Source of the DNA: Oculina patagonica
Lineage: Eukaryota
Direction of reading: 5' to 3'
Assembly (NCBI RefSeq): GCF_052425735.1
Contig: NC_135769.1
Coordinates: forward strand, 1,116,001-1,180,000
DNA length: 64,000 bases
The position numbers and the translations under genes are program-made. Of the stretch, positions 52,251-64,000 are shown one piece after another (the first letter of the stretch is position 1; each line of letters starts with the position of its first letter). The notes below the pieces were generated by a model, which was given only the letters and a program-made list of their open reading frames with translations, was not told the DNA's origin and searched no databases.

Positions 52251-53428
52251 GATGGCAGCAGACTTCATTGTCAACTTGATAGAGGAATTATAATTTAATT
52301 CAAATGTTCTTTTTAGATATTACATATTTTGCAAGGGAAAGAGCTGGGAAGGGGGGAAGGGAGGCAACAATTTTTTAGACGTGAAAAAAGTTATTTATAA
52401 CTCAGTAATGGATTTTACATTGCATTAGCTGTATTTGGAACCTCTTTAATACGACACGCCATAAAAACGGACAGATTTTACTGGCCTATCGGATAAACGG
52501 GGTTTCATTGTACTCAGAAGATCATTAGATCACTATTTCAGAACAAAAGCTAATTGTTTAACCTCGGATACAGAAACATTTGTACGTCCTCACGGATTTA
52601 GTTCTAGTGGTCTTACATTCCTGCGCCCGTTGTCTGAATTTTGATAGTTTTTGAGTCGGTTATTTATTATGTGAGAAGGAGAACGAAACTTCATTTAACA
52701 CAATTTAAACACATTTTTTGCACAACTTGTATGAAATGTGGTGGTAGCGGTGAGGGCACGTATTCGCGCCATGTTTTGTTTGACAATTTAAAAGTATATG
52801 CCATTCAGGGGAGCAAAGCCTTTCCCATCGGAATAACATCCCCGAGCGAGAACTAAATAATACGGGTATGACCGTGGTTCTTGCTAGATGAATTTAGTTT
52901 GATTCTTCCAGGATTTGTCAACTGCATTTATTCCCCCAACTGAGCATATCAATGAAAATCAATTCAAGATTATTTTTATTATTTTGAGTTTTGGCTCTGT
53001 TATTTGTTACTAGTTAAAAAAACACTTGTGCGACATGTTTTATCCAATCAGAACGAACATGCTGCTGTTTTTTAACCAATCAGGAGCAAGATTAAAACCG
53101 TGGCTGCCAACTTGGATTGCGCGCGTTTTCCCGCGCTTACCACGCGGCTACCTTTTTTACCGCGCTTTGTGCTGCGAGTTCTGATTGGTTCAAAGCAAAT
53201 GCTGTAATGACTTTGGTCCGTACGACAGTTGTTATGAAAACCACATTATAAAATATAATCTATTTTTATTCAATGGAAATGGTATGGGGTGGGAAATGAA
53301 TATGAAATAAACATTGAATTGAATCTCGATATGTTATTTGTTTTTCGTCGCTCGCCGACGCTCCTTGTGTGCACATGCTATTTGACGCTTTGTAACTGGC
53401 TGTTTCAAAGTTCAAACATTGCATGATA

Positions 53429-55790
53429 TTACACTTCCGGATAAACAAGTTTAACATTGTCAGTTATAAGGTGATCTTCAAGATGAAGTACAATGTTTCT
53501 GTCTAATTGCTCAAACCACTTAGATTCCTGCAGGTAAATTGAGTCTTCACTACTTGTAAGGGAAACACTTTTTTCTTCCGCATTCTTTCCTTCCGATTCC
53601 TTGAGTTCTACTCTGTTTTTTGTCTTGGCCATGACCTGAAGCATAAAACATTTTCATGTCATCGAAACAATTTTTAAACAGTTAATGACACTTTTACACT
53701 TGAAGCTGATCAAAAGTGTTTACATCCGTTACAAAATTACAGAACTGGTGTTTGTAAAGGCTGTCGAAATTTGACGGGTAATTTTCAGAAAAGAAATCGT
53801 TTCGTACAACCAGACTTCTGGTTCAACTATCAAATTATTCCTTCCCAGTTTAGCAATTGGTCATTTATCTTAATTAACGCGTTTGACAGCCTAAATTTTT
53901 TTAATTTCCATCAATTTGTCTCTTATAAATGAGGAAATTATCCAGCAAAATTATCAAACAGTTAACAGGATGCGCGAAGGACTCCCCTATTCAGAGTTTC
54001 GCTAAACAAGACAACAAACAACTAATGGCTTTATTCGCTGAATTCTAGTTCCCCACCCCAGTGACGTCTGTCAAAAATCACATACCGATTACGTATACGT
54101 AGCTGTACAGAAGGAGGAAAAGGAGAGAGCGTTGGATCAAGGTTGCAGGTTCCTGCAGTAGTCTACTTGGTTGATTATCAACTAGAAGTCGATAAAGGCA
54201 AAATTAACCACAGCAGTGAATTTGGCGAAAAAGCTGACGTTTCGAACGATAGCCCTTTGAATGGGAAATTATTTTTTTTGGCTCCGACGAAGAGCTAACG
54301 CTCGAAACGTCAGCTTCAGTTTTCCAAACTCGCTTCGGCGGTTTATTTTATACATTAATCAACTTCCAGTTGAAAAGCAACATTTTAGCGTTTAACTTGC
54401 CGGCCGACGAAGCACAACAGTTTCTTAAGAAACTGATAATTTCGTTTCTGTAGTCCGATAGTTTTTAGTCCGATTGGTTGTTGCGCGGTTCTGAAATTTG
54501 GCGCGCAAGCAGCAGCCAATCAGAGACTACATGAGTCATGAGAGCTACGTCATTAGAATAGAATTTATAATAATAAATAATAATAAAAGCTTTTATTTAT
54601 ACACGATAAATGTTTTGCAGCATAGCTGATGTGGTCGTGTTTACAAATTACTATTGAAGCTAGCTATCTGCTCCAGTCCTTCTCCAGTCCCAGATTGCTA
54701 GATGTCTCCTATGGGGAGGATAAATCGAGATTTTAGAAGAGAGATTTCTGATTACTTTAACGTACCTTAGCTCGTATTTCTTGCAGTTTCAGACCAGCAC
54801 GTTCAATAGCGTAATTTTCCAGAACAGTCCTTGCTGCATCTCGTGCGAGATCTTCTATCTCGTGCTCTTTCTCTGGTCTAGCAAAGAGCAGGTGGTAACC
54901 CCAGCTTAAGAGGGCTGTGCATATCACCGAGCCTGAAATCAAATAGTCGGGGAAAGATTGTTGTTCTAAGCAAATCTCCGTAGATGAAGCGTTCGTAATT
55001 TTTCCGAATCTTAACGAACACTGCCGAGCGGAGTATCACGTGAGCAGTCGTCACCAGAATACGTCATGTTGCCAAGCAACGTCTCTGACGTCAGAAAAGA
55101 TCACCCTGGACTCGGGAGTGCTCGTTCGACTTTTTGATTGGATTTAATGAGAACCGAAAACTTTACAAAGATTTTGCCGAATTAACAAGAATCGGAACGT
55201 TTTCGCTAGGCGATATAAGAGGGGTGGTAAGGAGAGCAGGAAGTAGATCTGCGCAACACGGAATTGGAAGCACCTAACCACAACTTCTTTTCACTATGAA
55301 TTAAATAAATTCAAATTGGTTTACCTGTGAGAATAAGAAGCGCAATATTTTGAGATTCTGCTTTAAAAGTTCTCTTCTCTTCATTCCTCCGATACTCTTC
55401 GTCAAGCGTACAATTCATGATGACTCCACACTCCTCGAATCCCATTCGGTGACAAACCCAGATTTTAGTGTCCAGAAACGCGGCCACAATCCACGTGAGA
55501 GCGGGTAGGGTCATGTACATCAAAGCTATGTAACTCTGCGCGGCAAAATCCAACCCTAGAGAGCAATTCTTTGAAGTATTGCAGTTCAAAAGCAGTGTGA
55601 CGTTTTTAGACTTCAGGCAGCTCACGACAAATATAACACATGGTGGTACAATCAGCCACAACGCCGCGTTTTCACAAGAGATTCCCAAACGACTGACAAC
55701 ATGTTCTAATGAAACGATCACGAATACGAACACAGCGTTTTTAAACGTTGAGCGGTCCTGGAAAACGTTGTAAAGCTTTGCGCGGCTCAT
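53429..55790 (-). CDS. CALHM-like (calcium homeostasis modulator family) 4-TM channel, divergent
   Basis: Exons 55790-55325, 54932-54766 and 53635-53429 are in frame. LPALTWIVAAFLDTKIWVC and FKAESQNIALLIL match the CALHM TM3 (P..W....LL.G..YVC) and TM4 (xESQ..GW) patterns; four hydrophobic helices. Confidence 0.65.
54172..54435. mobile_element. Palindromic repeat containing a minimal hammerhead-like motif (54280-54315, +)
   Basis: GGCT-CCGACGA-A-GAGC-taac-GCTC-GAAA-CGTC-AGCT, with a degraded inverted partner at 54231-54258 and outer inverted arms. Confidence 0.65.
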
Positions 55791-57368
55791 GACTCTCTCT
55801 TCGTCGATGTACTCCTTGTAGTTTTGCAGTTAAGTCAGAACTCCTCGCTCTCAGTGTTTTCAAATATATATATGGTGGAACGGGGAATTCTTGATAACAT
55901 TGACGAATTAAAGAAGTAAACATACAACGTCCAATGATTTTCTGGCTAGATTGGAAAATATTAGGTGACCTCTACATTGAAGTGTCGCATAAAAACTTCT
56001 TGTCATCTTAGCACCAGTAAAGTTTTTATTTAGTTTCGTCCAATACCAGCCAATGTTTTAAATGACACTCGAGCTCCTACCACCTGAAAACTTTTTAATG
56101 TGTGCCAAATGTCATATTTAATAAATGAAGATTTACAACGAATGGAGTGAGGTAAATTATCGAATTGCGCAGGTCTTCTTCCATTTTGTCTGTTCCGTAA
56201 ATCTTCTTGAAGCGATCTCCTAGTTTCACTTGTTTTATTTGCCCGTCTTATTTTCAGTCATGAGGGGCCGGGGGACGGGAGGGGAGATGGGGAAGGGGCT
56301 TGTATTATCTTAGGGGCGTTTGCATCTGAATTGATGATTCAGGATAGGAAAATAGCGTCCATTGTTTGGCAAAAACTCCGCGTTGAAAGACCCAGAGTGT
56401 GCGAATCTCATTGTCCAGTTAAAATGTCATGAGCACAGTGCTAAGCACTAGATTGATTTTGACACAGAGAGAAGTAGTTATTTGACATGGAAAGGACACT
56501 GGAAGGACACTAAACAATTTCACAACTGTTCGGCAGTATCGAAGATTAAATAAATCATTCTTTATTCATTTACAAGAAAACTAAATTAGATAATATACTG
56601 TATCAAATCCAGCGTGACCCATTACAAAACACACTGAAAACACAACGAGCTTATTGGCAAAAAGTAGCAAAGCTTTTTGATGTATGTTCTCTTAAAGTTG
56701 AAAAACGTTTAAACTGAAGAAATAACACTGCTATTTTCTCTCTAACTTTATCAGGTCGACAGAAGTTTTCTGCAATCCATAAGATAGGCTTTTTCTTTTT
56801 TTTCTCTTCAGCAGCTGATAAACACATTGCTGTCGCAGCAACTTGCCGACAGCCGTTTTTTTTTTAATCTTTCTCCCAACTCCGCGCAAAAGAACGCCTG
56901 ATCACAGATTACCGTGCAGTTTTCCAAATTTCTTAATATTTTGTTATAGAAATTGCACTATAGAACTTGCTGAGAAATATGATAGTTTCAAATGAACTCG
57001 TTTTAACTTATGAAAGCTAAGCTGTGATCTTTTCGACCAATCATAATCGCGATTTGGCTTACGAGATTTATGCCGCGCTTCGGCACTGGTCACGTGAATT
57101 AACTACAAGTTTTGATTGGTCTATTATTCTCGTGGTGTCACTGCTTCCCTTTGTTGACCTTTGTTCGCGTTTTCTTCCTCGTGTTTGTTTAGAAAAAGGT
57201 ACCAAAAGAGAGGTACCCTTTTCAAAGAGCGGAATTGCCATAAACTGGCCTAGGAAGGAAATTTTTTTTGGCTAAGTACAATGGGTCATCAAATCTCGGC
57301 GATCTCAATATTTAGGGAATTATATCATGATATCAATTAATAAATACAATGTCAATTTTAAAATAGTA

Positions 57369-60213
57369 CTAATCGGAATTGTTACTGAGCAAAGGATTTT
57401 TCCTTGAAGGTTCAGGTAGACCGTATTTAGCGCGAATTGACTGCCTCAATCTTAAGCTTTTTTGCCTTTCAATCTTCTCCTCGTCTTTGCTGGGAAGTTT
57501 GTAATTTCTTCGAAAAAAGTTCCTCGGTCGACGCTCGCTTTTCGTCCGACGGAATGCGTCGGGCTCAAGACGGTCTTCTTTAGAAATATCTTCATGACTG
57601 GTGGAGATACGAGTTGAAATCAACGGCTTGGAGTTGTTTTCCTCAGGAGGGGTGCTAAAAACACACATAACACTGAGATTAAAAGTGGAAAAGATTGGTT
57701 TACTGTTTAAATTATTTGACACTAGGGCCCGTGAGAGAGAAACACTTATTTGGGACGGGGCGCGTATCGAAGACCTGATTACGGACGGGGCGCTTGTTGA
57801 AGAGTGACCGAGCGCGTATTTGGGACGGGGCAGGGGGCAGGGGGCAGGGCGTTCATTTGAGGGAAGGGAGGGAACGCTTATTGAACGAAATTCCTCTAAG
57901 GTTCAAAATATGTATACCCTGGTCTTTGTATTTCTGTCATGAGCTTCAACTAGTTAAAACTGTTCTTTTGTGTTTTAACAGGAAGAAAGGCCGAGGAAAG
58001 AAGAGATTTTGTTTTCAAATTCCCAATTACGCAGCCATCTGAGAGTTGACTGTGACTGGGTTTCTTCAAGAAAGACACATGCTGAAAATTTTTGGTTTAT
58101 CGGGCATTCCTTTTCAGGTTTACCCAGTCAGCTAAGTGCCTCAAACAGCGAGTCGATGTTTTCATAACCCAGAAGGAAAACAGTATACCGTATTAACTCG
58201 AATAAGCGGCGCTTATTAATTTTGCGCCTCAAGTGCGGCGCTTATTCGAGGGCGGCGCTTATTTAAAATTTGGACGCCACAAAGAATCTTATCTTTTACA
58301 GTTATTGAAAAGAGCGTCTTTTGATTGTCAGTATTCCTCTTTTGCTGAGACAGAAGTGCGTTAGCTGCACTGGCAAAGTCCGCGGCCTTCACAACATTTA
58401 CAGAACTACGTATTGTAAGAGTGTTGAATAGAAAAACTAATGGAAGAGCGATAAAACAATCACTCATAAATGCAAAACATCGCTTTTGATGCAAAGAAAT
58501 GTTTAAGCTCGTTTTAGAGTTGCTTTGTAGCGCCGTTTTTAGTTAAACAAAATTCCTCAAATAAGCGCTGCATCGGGACTGCGGCGCTTATTAACTTTTT
58601 TGTCCCAAATGCGGCGCTTATTCGAGGGCGGCGGTTATTCGGGGGCGGCGCTTATTCGAGTAAATACGGTACCCCTCCCCTATCCTATCTTGTAGAATAA
58701 AGCCAAGCAAACGCATTTATGGCCGTATTTGCGATCAAAGACTGCAACGACTGCAACATATTCTGAACAACTTTTCAAAAGACTTACAACAAAAGACTTG
58801 GTGGAGTGGGCAGGGGAGCAGCATCATCTTCCGTTGCTTTTGTTTTCTTTTTTAGCTTCTTCTTTAACTTTTCGTTTGGTTCAGATCCTACGAAGCGATC
58901 CTTGTAAAACCATCCTCTGAGGCTAAAAAATGCAAAGAATTACATTTAATTATAGAATATATCATGAAGCACTTTGGATTACAAACCTTCTGCAAAATCG
59001 TAAATACCATAACTGAGAATTAGTAACGGCATCGAAAGATTTTACGAAGTTCTGTTTAGTCACGCAATCTTGCATCCATATGCGATTGCGTGACGACATT
59101 GCCTGATGAGAACGTCTGTGAGTGAGCGTATTGTGTCCAACAAAATGAGGTAAGAAAATTGATAGAGACAGGAGACAGTGGTAAATTAAATTTAAAAAAC
59201 GATGAAGTTATATAAACCTGCGGCAGGTCTCTAATTTTTTTCTCGACGTCTGTCCCCAAGCGGTAAATTCCTGTTACCCACCAGTTCGCCACAACTATTT
59301 GCACACAGTTCCTGGCTTATGAATCTGTCTCCGTTTAAAAATGCGACTAATTACTACCATTCTATTATTTATCACTTTTACATTTACTGTTTTGAGAATA
59401 AATTATTACACATGAAAGGCATGATTAATATGTCACTTGTGATTAGTCATAGACTAATCCTGTAATTGACAACCAATTTCGTGTTTATTTCAGGCAATCT
59501 CCGCCATATTATAAGATCTTTTTTTAGCGAGAAATACGCTGTAACTACAGCAGATTTTTGTATTCAGTGAAATCCATTGACGCATCCGTGTTTGTTTTTA
59601 TGAGGTGTTGAATATAAAGTTCCTTTGTTTACAAGCTTCCGGCTTACTGTCTTCCTCGACGGATTGACCGAAATTTTGCATGTAAACTATAAAATTACGC
59701 AGATCGCACGCAGGTTTCGGCGAGGTCAAGCAAAAAACCGGATGGAAATAAAAAGCTCTACTTATATACGAATAACATTTTAAACTTTACTCGTTTAAAA
59801 CACTTAAAATTACAATAACAAGTTACAACAAATTACACCGTGAAGCAATTTTTCGAAGAGTGACATATTGTTGTGTTTGAAATTCAAGTGCATATCAAAT
59901 CGACCGTGCGAAATAGTCACCGGAAGTAGCCGAAGCTACACGAGAAATCAAATTGAAAAACTTTGTTATTACTTCTGCCATTATGACACAAGAAAGTGCG
60001 TTACCTTTTACCATTTGCATATGTATAAGTTCCATAGCCATGCTTCTTCCCTTTCTTCCAGTCCCCGTCATAAATATCGCCATTTTGATAGCAATACACT
60101 CCTTCGCCTTTCCTTTCGCCAAATTCATCGGTGCCGCCAGAAAACTTGTCGATCTCCACGAAGTCATCTTCGATTATTTTGTCCTTTTTGTCTTTGGCTA
60201 GCTTGCCACCCAT
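57369..60213 (-). CDS. 209-aa MORN-repeat protein with an N-terminal MG and a C-terminal IRAKYGL helix
   Basis: Exons 60213-60005, 58922-58788 and 57654-57369 splice in frame (630 nt). The MORN repeats GEGVYCYQNGDI-YDGDWKKGKKHGYGTYTYANGK|S-LRGWFYKDRFVG span the first intron. Confidence 0.8.
58188..58669. mobile_element. Tc1/mariner-pogo-type MITE, TA TSD
   Basis: TA-CCGTATTAACTCGAATAAGCGGCGC ... GCGGCGCTTATTCGAGTAAATACGG-TA, with internal GCGGCGCTTATT repeats. Confidence 0.9.
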
Positions 60214-60326
60214 GTCATTCAATATAGCTGGGGTGAAATCGAATCGAATGCAACACAGAGCTGGATCGATGGCGTGTGTTGCAACAGAATTTATTGACTT
60301 TTTCAAAAGCCTTTGGGATTGACCGA

Positions 60327-60336
60327 GTGACGTCAC
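60327..60336. promoter_or_regulatory. CRE palindrome GTGACGTCAC upstream of the MORN gene
   Basis: Exact palindrome ~115 bp upstream of the ATG at 60213. Confidence 0.35.
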
Positions 60337-60787
60337 TGTAAACAGTTTTCGTAATGTAAAATACTACCCGCCTAACTTGCTGAAGCAAACGTGTTTCGTC
60401 ACGAATTGGCAAATATTGTTACGAGCTTTTAGCTATGTCCTCCAGTGTGCGTCTTTTCGAGTTTACGTGTAATCCTATCCGTAGAAGAATCTTGTGCATG
60501 ATTGTCTTCGCCCTTTGTCTGGTAATTTGACTCAATTGTCGTTTGCACAGCATGTGAGTGGACATGTGAATGATGTCAGCGCTAAGAAATTCTCCAGGAA
60601 ATGTTCATTGCAAAGCGACTGAAAACGACTGAAACACATGGACTGTACGTATTCTGTATGGAAACGAACTACTGTGGTCTACTGTATAAAAAGTAAGCAT
60701 TTCTACTGCTCACCTCGAAAGTGCATACGTGTTTTGCATTACAATTACCTTTCTAGACTTTCTAATGTTACCTTCCTGGGGCTGGGA

Positions 60788-61134
60788 CCCGGGGGAGGGG
60801 GGAGGGGGTCTCTCTAAACGGCCTATACGGTGAGGCTCCGCCAGAAAGGGGTACCTTTTTCAGGCTTCAGGTATGTAAGAGGGTAGGGATTTTACAAGTT
60901 TAGGTATATGAAAGGGTTGGGAAGTCTGTCATTTGGGTATTTGAAATGGCGTTTTATTAAAATATTTTAACAGACGCAACTTGTGGCTGCATCATGTGCA
61001 CTCCATGAAAATGACAAGAAAACTTCCTGTTTTAAATAAAACAGGTTCCTCCTCTGTTAAAATGGTATATAAAAGGGTAAGGGGTAATGGACCCAGGCGA
61101 GCCTCCCCTTATAAAACTTTTGAGTCCCCCAGGG
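60788..61134. mobile_element. Non-autonomous DNA-transposon-like repeat with CCCGGGGG...CCCCCAGGG ends
   Basis: G/C-rich inverted termini with GGCCTATACGG..GGGGTACCTTTTTCAGGCT subterminal motifs. Confidence 0.5.
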
Positions 61135-62123
61135 TTTTTTTTGGGGGGGGGGGGGGGGTGACATTCCTGTTGTGTGTCAGAGAGGGAGATTGGGGGGTTG
61201 TTGTCTTACCACAAGGTATACATTTCCACAATAAACTTTTTTTCTTGAATAGAGTGCAGACTTATTGTCACTTGAAGTTGAATGACAAAGAGATGTTTGA
61301 TAAAAGCACTGAGCAATTTTTGTCTTGTTAAATGCACATGGATGTAGCCCCAGCAGAGAAGAATCTCTGTACCTTTTAGAGGTTAAAATTCACAGTTCAG
61401 TGCTGCTTAGTTTGTTTTTACACACACAATTTTATTGTGAGAAGTCAACATTAAATTGTCATTATAAATTCAAGTTCGTGTACAATATAGTTTACGATGG
61501 ACCCAAATTAACACCAAGCCCAAGACAGGAAAGTGGAAGAAAACTGTGGATGAGCTATGCTTCACTTAGGAGCCAAGGTACAATATAGTTAATTAAATAA
61601 AAAATAAATACCGGTACTTTTAATTTTGTCAAAAAATATATGTTTATAAATAGATAGCGATACCTTGTGAAATAATATTTATTTATAATTAATTTGTAAT
61701 TTATTTTACATGTAACAAGCCATTTTAATAAATGTTATTGAAATTTTTTTTTACAAAAATTAAGTTCTGAAAAAGAGCTCCACTCGGTGACATTATTTTG
61801 TGAACCCTAATGCTGTCTTGCTGGACTGTGTTTTAAATTGCTCCTTTGGAGTTTTGCATTAATATTTTAATATATTAAAATTACATCATTTACAACAATA
61901 TGTACAGGAAAAATAATAAAAAAATCTCTGTAAAATATTTATGATGTCTCTGAACAGCAATATGAACCCTTTCAGGGTTTTCCTCCTTTGCCTTCTGCAA
62001 AATTGCTGTAACATTAAACTTTTTTCAATTTGATTCTTGGTTGTTGTTTAATTTGCGCATCGCAGTGATGGAAAGAGGTTCTCACTTAATGCTTGTATAG
62101 TGTTTTTAAAAATCATTTTTTCC

Positions 62124-63879
62124 TCACTTTATTGTACATTCTTTTAGAAGGATTGCAGCCACTTTAGATAAATTGTGTACACTTGCAGCAAAAACCTGTT
62201 CTTGTTCTTCTGGGGTAACAATATCTACAAAGGAAAGCAAAGTAAAAAAATTACCGGTGGTTCAGAATGCATACATATTATTTGTTTACATCATGTGCAA
62301 GAAAATTTTGGTTTATTTTCAGATGACTTTAATTTTTATTATCATCTAGTAACCTGTTCATACACAAATTTACTATGTATTGTGTTTACAGCTTTGTAGG
62401 AGCAGTGAACAACATAAACCTTCTGCACTTTATCACCCTTTGATATCTTTAAATTAGCTCAGAACTGAACTTTATTTGTTTTTTCTATAAATATGGTTAC
62501 AGAATTGCTTGCCCCTGCTAAAATTAGCATTGCCATCTTTTCACCTCTTGACTTTGTCAGTATATCTTTTACTTCATGATGTACAGATGTAATTACCTTT
62601 TCCAAAGACAAGGAAACCAACTTTTCAAACTCATTAACAATTCATCAGGGAATTCAATGAAGGAAACCTAAACCATGATGGTGGTACATACCCAAGTCTT
62701 CCTGTAGTCCTTCTCCAAGGCTTAGTATGTTCTCTTCCCAAACGTTGAACAAAGATGATATTAATGCCATTTGGTCTTTGTTGCTTGGCATTACGGCTAG
62801 AATTTGCTTTATGGTGCTTGTAAAACTCTCCAACCCTTTCACTCTCCCATACATTATGTCATCTTGGCCTAACACCTGCAGTATTCACCAAAAGAAAGAT
62901 TTTTTGATCATTTTTTATTTGTCATTCGGTTAGTCTGACGTTTATATTCCGTCATTAAACTATCCAGATCGTTAGTCAAAACTGCAACAAACGTTAACAC
63001 ACTAAAAACAGGATTTATGAGCAATACCGGTAGTTTCCATATACATACCTGTCCAAGGTAATAGCCAAGATATGATAATTCATGAACTCTTCCGTTCATA
63101 GCTTTATTTCCAAGCACTTCGAAACAAACTGATTCTCCACACAGTTTAAGGAGCTTGGCGACATTCTCCAAACACCAGTCGGTTGGTATGCCTAAGTGAA
63201 GAGTAAAAAGAAAAACCTAACGTTCGAAGGCAGAATAACCACACAACGCAAGATAAACTGTTCTTCAGTTTTTGTATGAGTTGAAGTGACACACGCACTA
63301 GACGGCTCTCTTGTTTAAAACGCAAGTCTGTTAATGTAGTATACAACGTTAAATTAATTCAAGGGAAGTACTAGCCTTGTGTTTCAAATTGGTCAATTTG
63401 CGGTAGAGTATACGCTCTGAACAGATGGTTATGTAAATCGTCAATACAAGAGCCACACCTGAACCACGTGCCAAAAAAACTTATAGTCTTTGTTTCAAAT
63501 TTAATTTTAAGTCAAATTTATTTGATGATAACTTTGGGTTCTTTCACAGACATTTTACAGGGTACTTAAATGTACTTTCCTCCAGATCAGTTGGTGTGAC
63601 ACGCCCCGAGAATTATACAAAACATCAAACAAGGCCACGCCCAAACCACGTGTTAACATAACTGCGTTCTTACGAAGACTACAAGACTACAAGAGAAAAA
63701 AAACTTATAATACACACTGGTTAATTCTTCAAAGACGCTGATAAAGTCATCTTCATTCCAGTCTTTGGTATCACAGTAAACATGCAATATCTTTAAGGCG
63801 TCTGCAAGTTCCCTCAATTCAGCATCTTCAACGCCGAAATATGTTGGGCAACTTTCCACCGTACTCCAGTCCACGGTTC
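62124..63879 (-). CDS. FBXO47: F-box only protein 47, 3' part (5' exons lie beyond the window)
   Basis: Exons 63879-63718 (DW..LADALKILH..TKDWNEDDFISVFEELT), 63191-63049 (PTDWCLENVAKLLKLCG..KAMNGRVHEL), 62875-62692 and 62224-62124 match the FBXO47 C-terminal motifs (KEWTADDVISLVDEL..WLLENNARLL..KAVNGRTIEL). Confidence 0.85.
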
Positions 63880-64000
63880 CTGCAAAATAAATATTTTCGT
63901 TTCGGTCGTGCTTAACGATTTTTTTATATACATGAGTTGGAGGTAATTGTGTAAAGATGACTTGATGTTATCAGTTCTCAAACTCGAATTCGACTCGAGT

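Noticed and set aside
60001-60336. RSPH1 or another named MORN gene
   Set aside because: It has only about 2.5 MORN repeats and an unrelated C-terminus, so no symbol can be supported.

Overview
Eukaryotic, AT-rich, intron-rich animal genomic DNA. The repeat landscape suggests a stony coral or other anthozoan (inference, not proven). I assembled eight protein-coding genes by hand from GT-AG exons: a PTPRR-like KIM-family tyrosine phosphatase (-, runs off the left edge, 5' end unresolved), TAF11 (-) head-to-head with SAAL1 (+), KIAA0930/DUF2045 (-) head-to-head with the golgin GCC1 (+), a divergent CALHM-like channel (-), a small MORN-repeat protein with a complexin-like C-terminal helix (-), and the 3' part of FBXO47 (-). 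A ~6-6.7 kb tandem duplication (37322-43238 / 43252-50003) covers the KIAA0930/GCC1 promoter. It looks most like an uncollapsed-haplotype or long-read artefact. Introns are full of tRNA-derived SINEs and MITEs. The most notable non-coding items are three different minimal hammerhead-ribozyme elements of the Penelope/retrozyme type, one a perfect 80-bp palindrome with a 14-bp target-site duplication (TSD), and a terminal-inverted-repeat (TIR) transposon carrying TTAGGG telomere-like arrays. I found no CRISPR array, rRNA or bona fide tRNA. I cannot claim a definitively new biological system; the best candidates are the MORN/complexin-like protein, the ribozyme elements and the telomere-repeat transposon.
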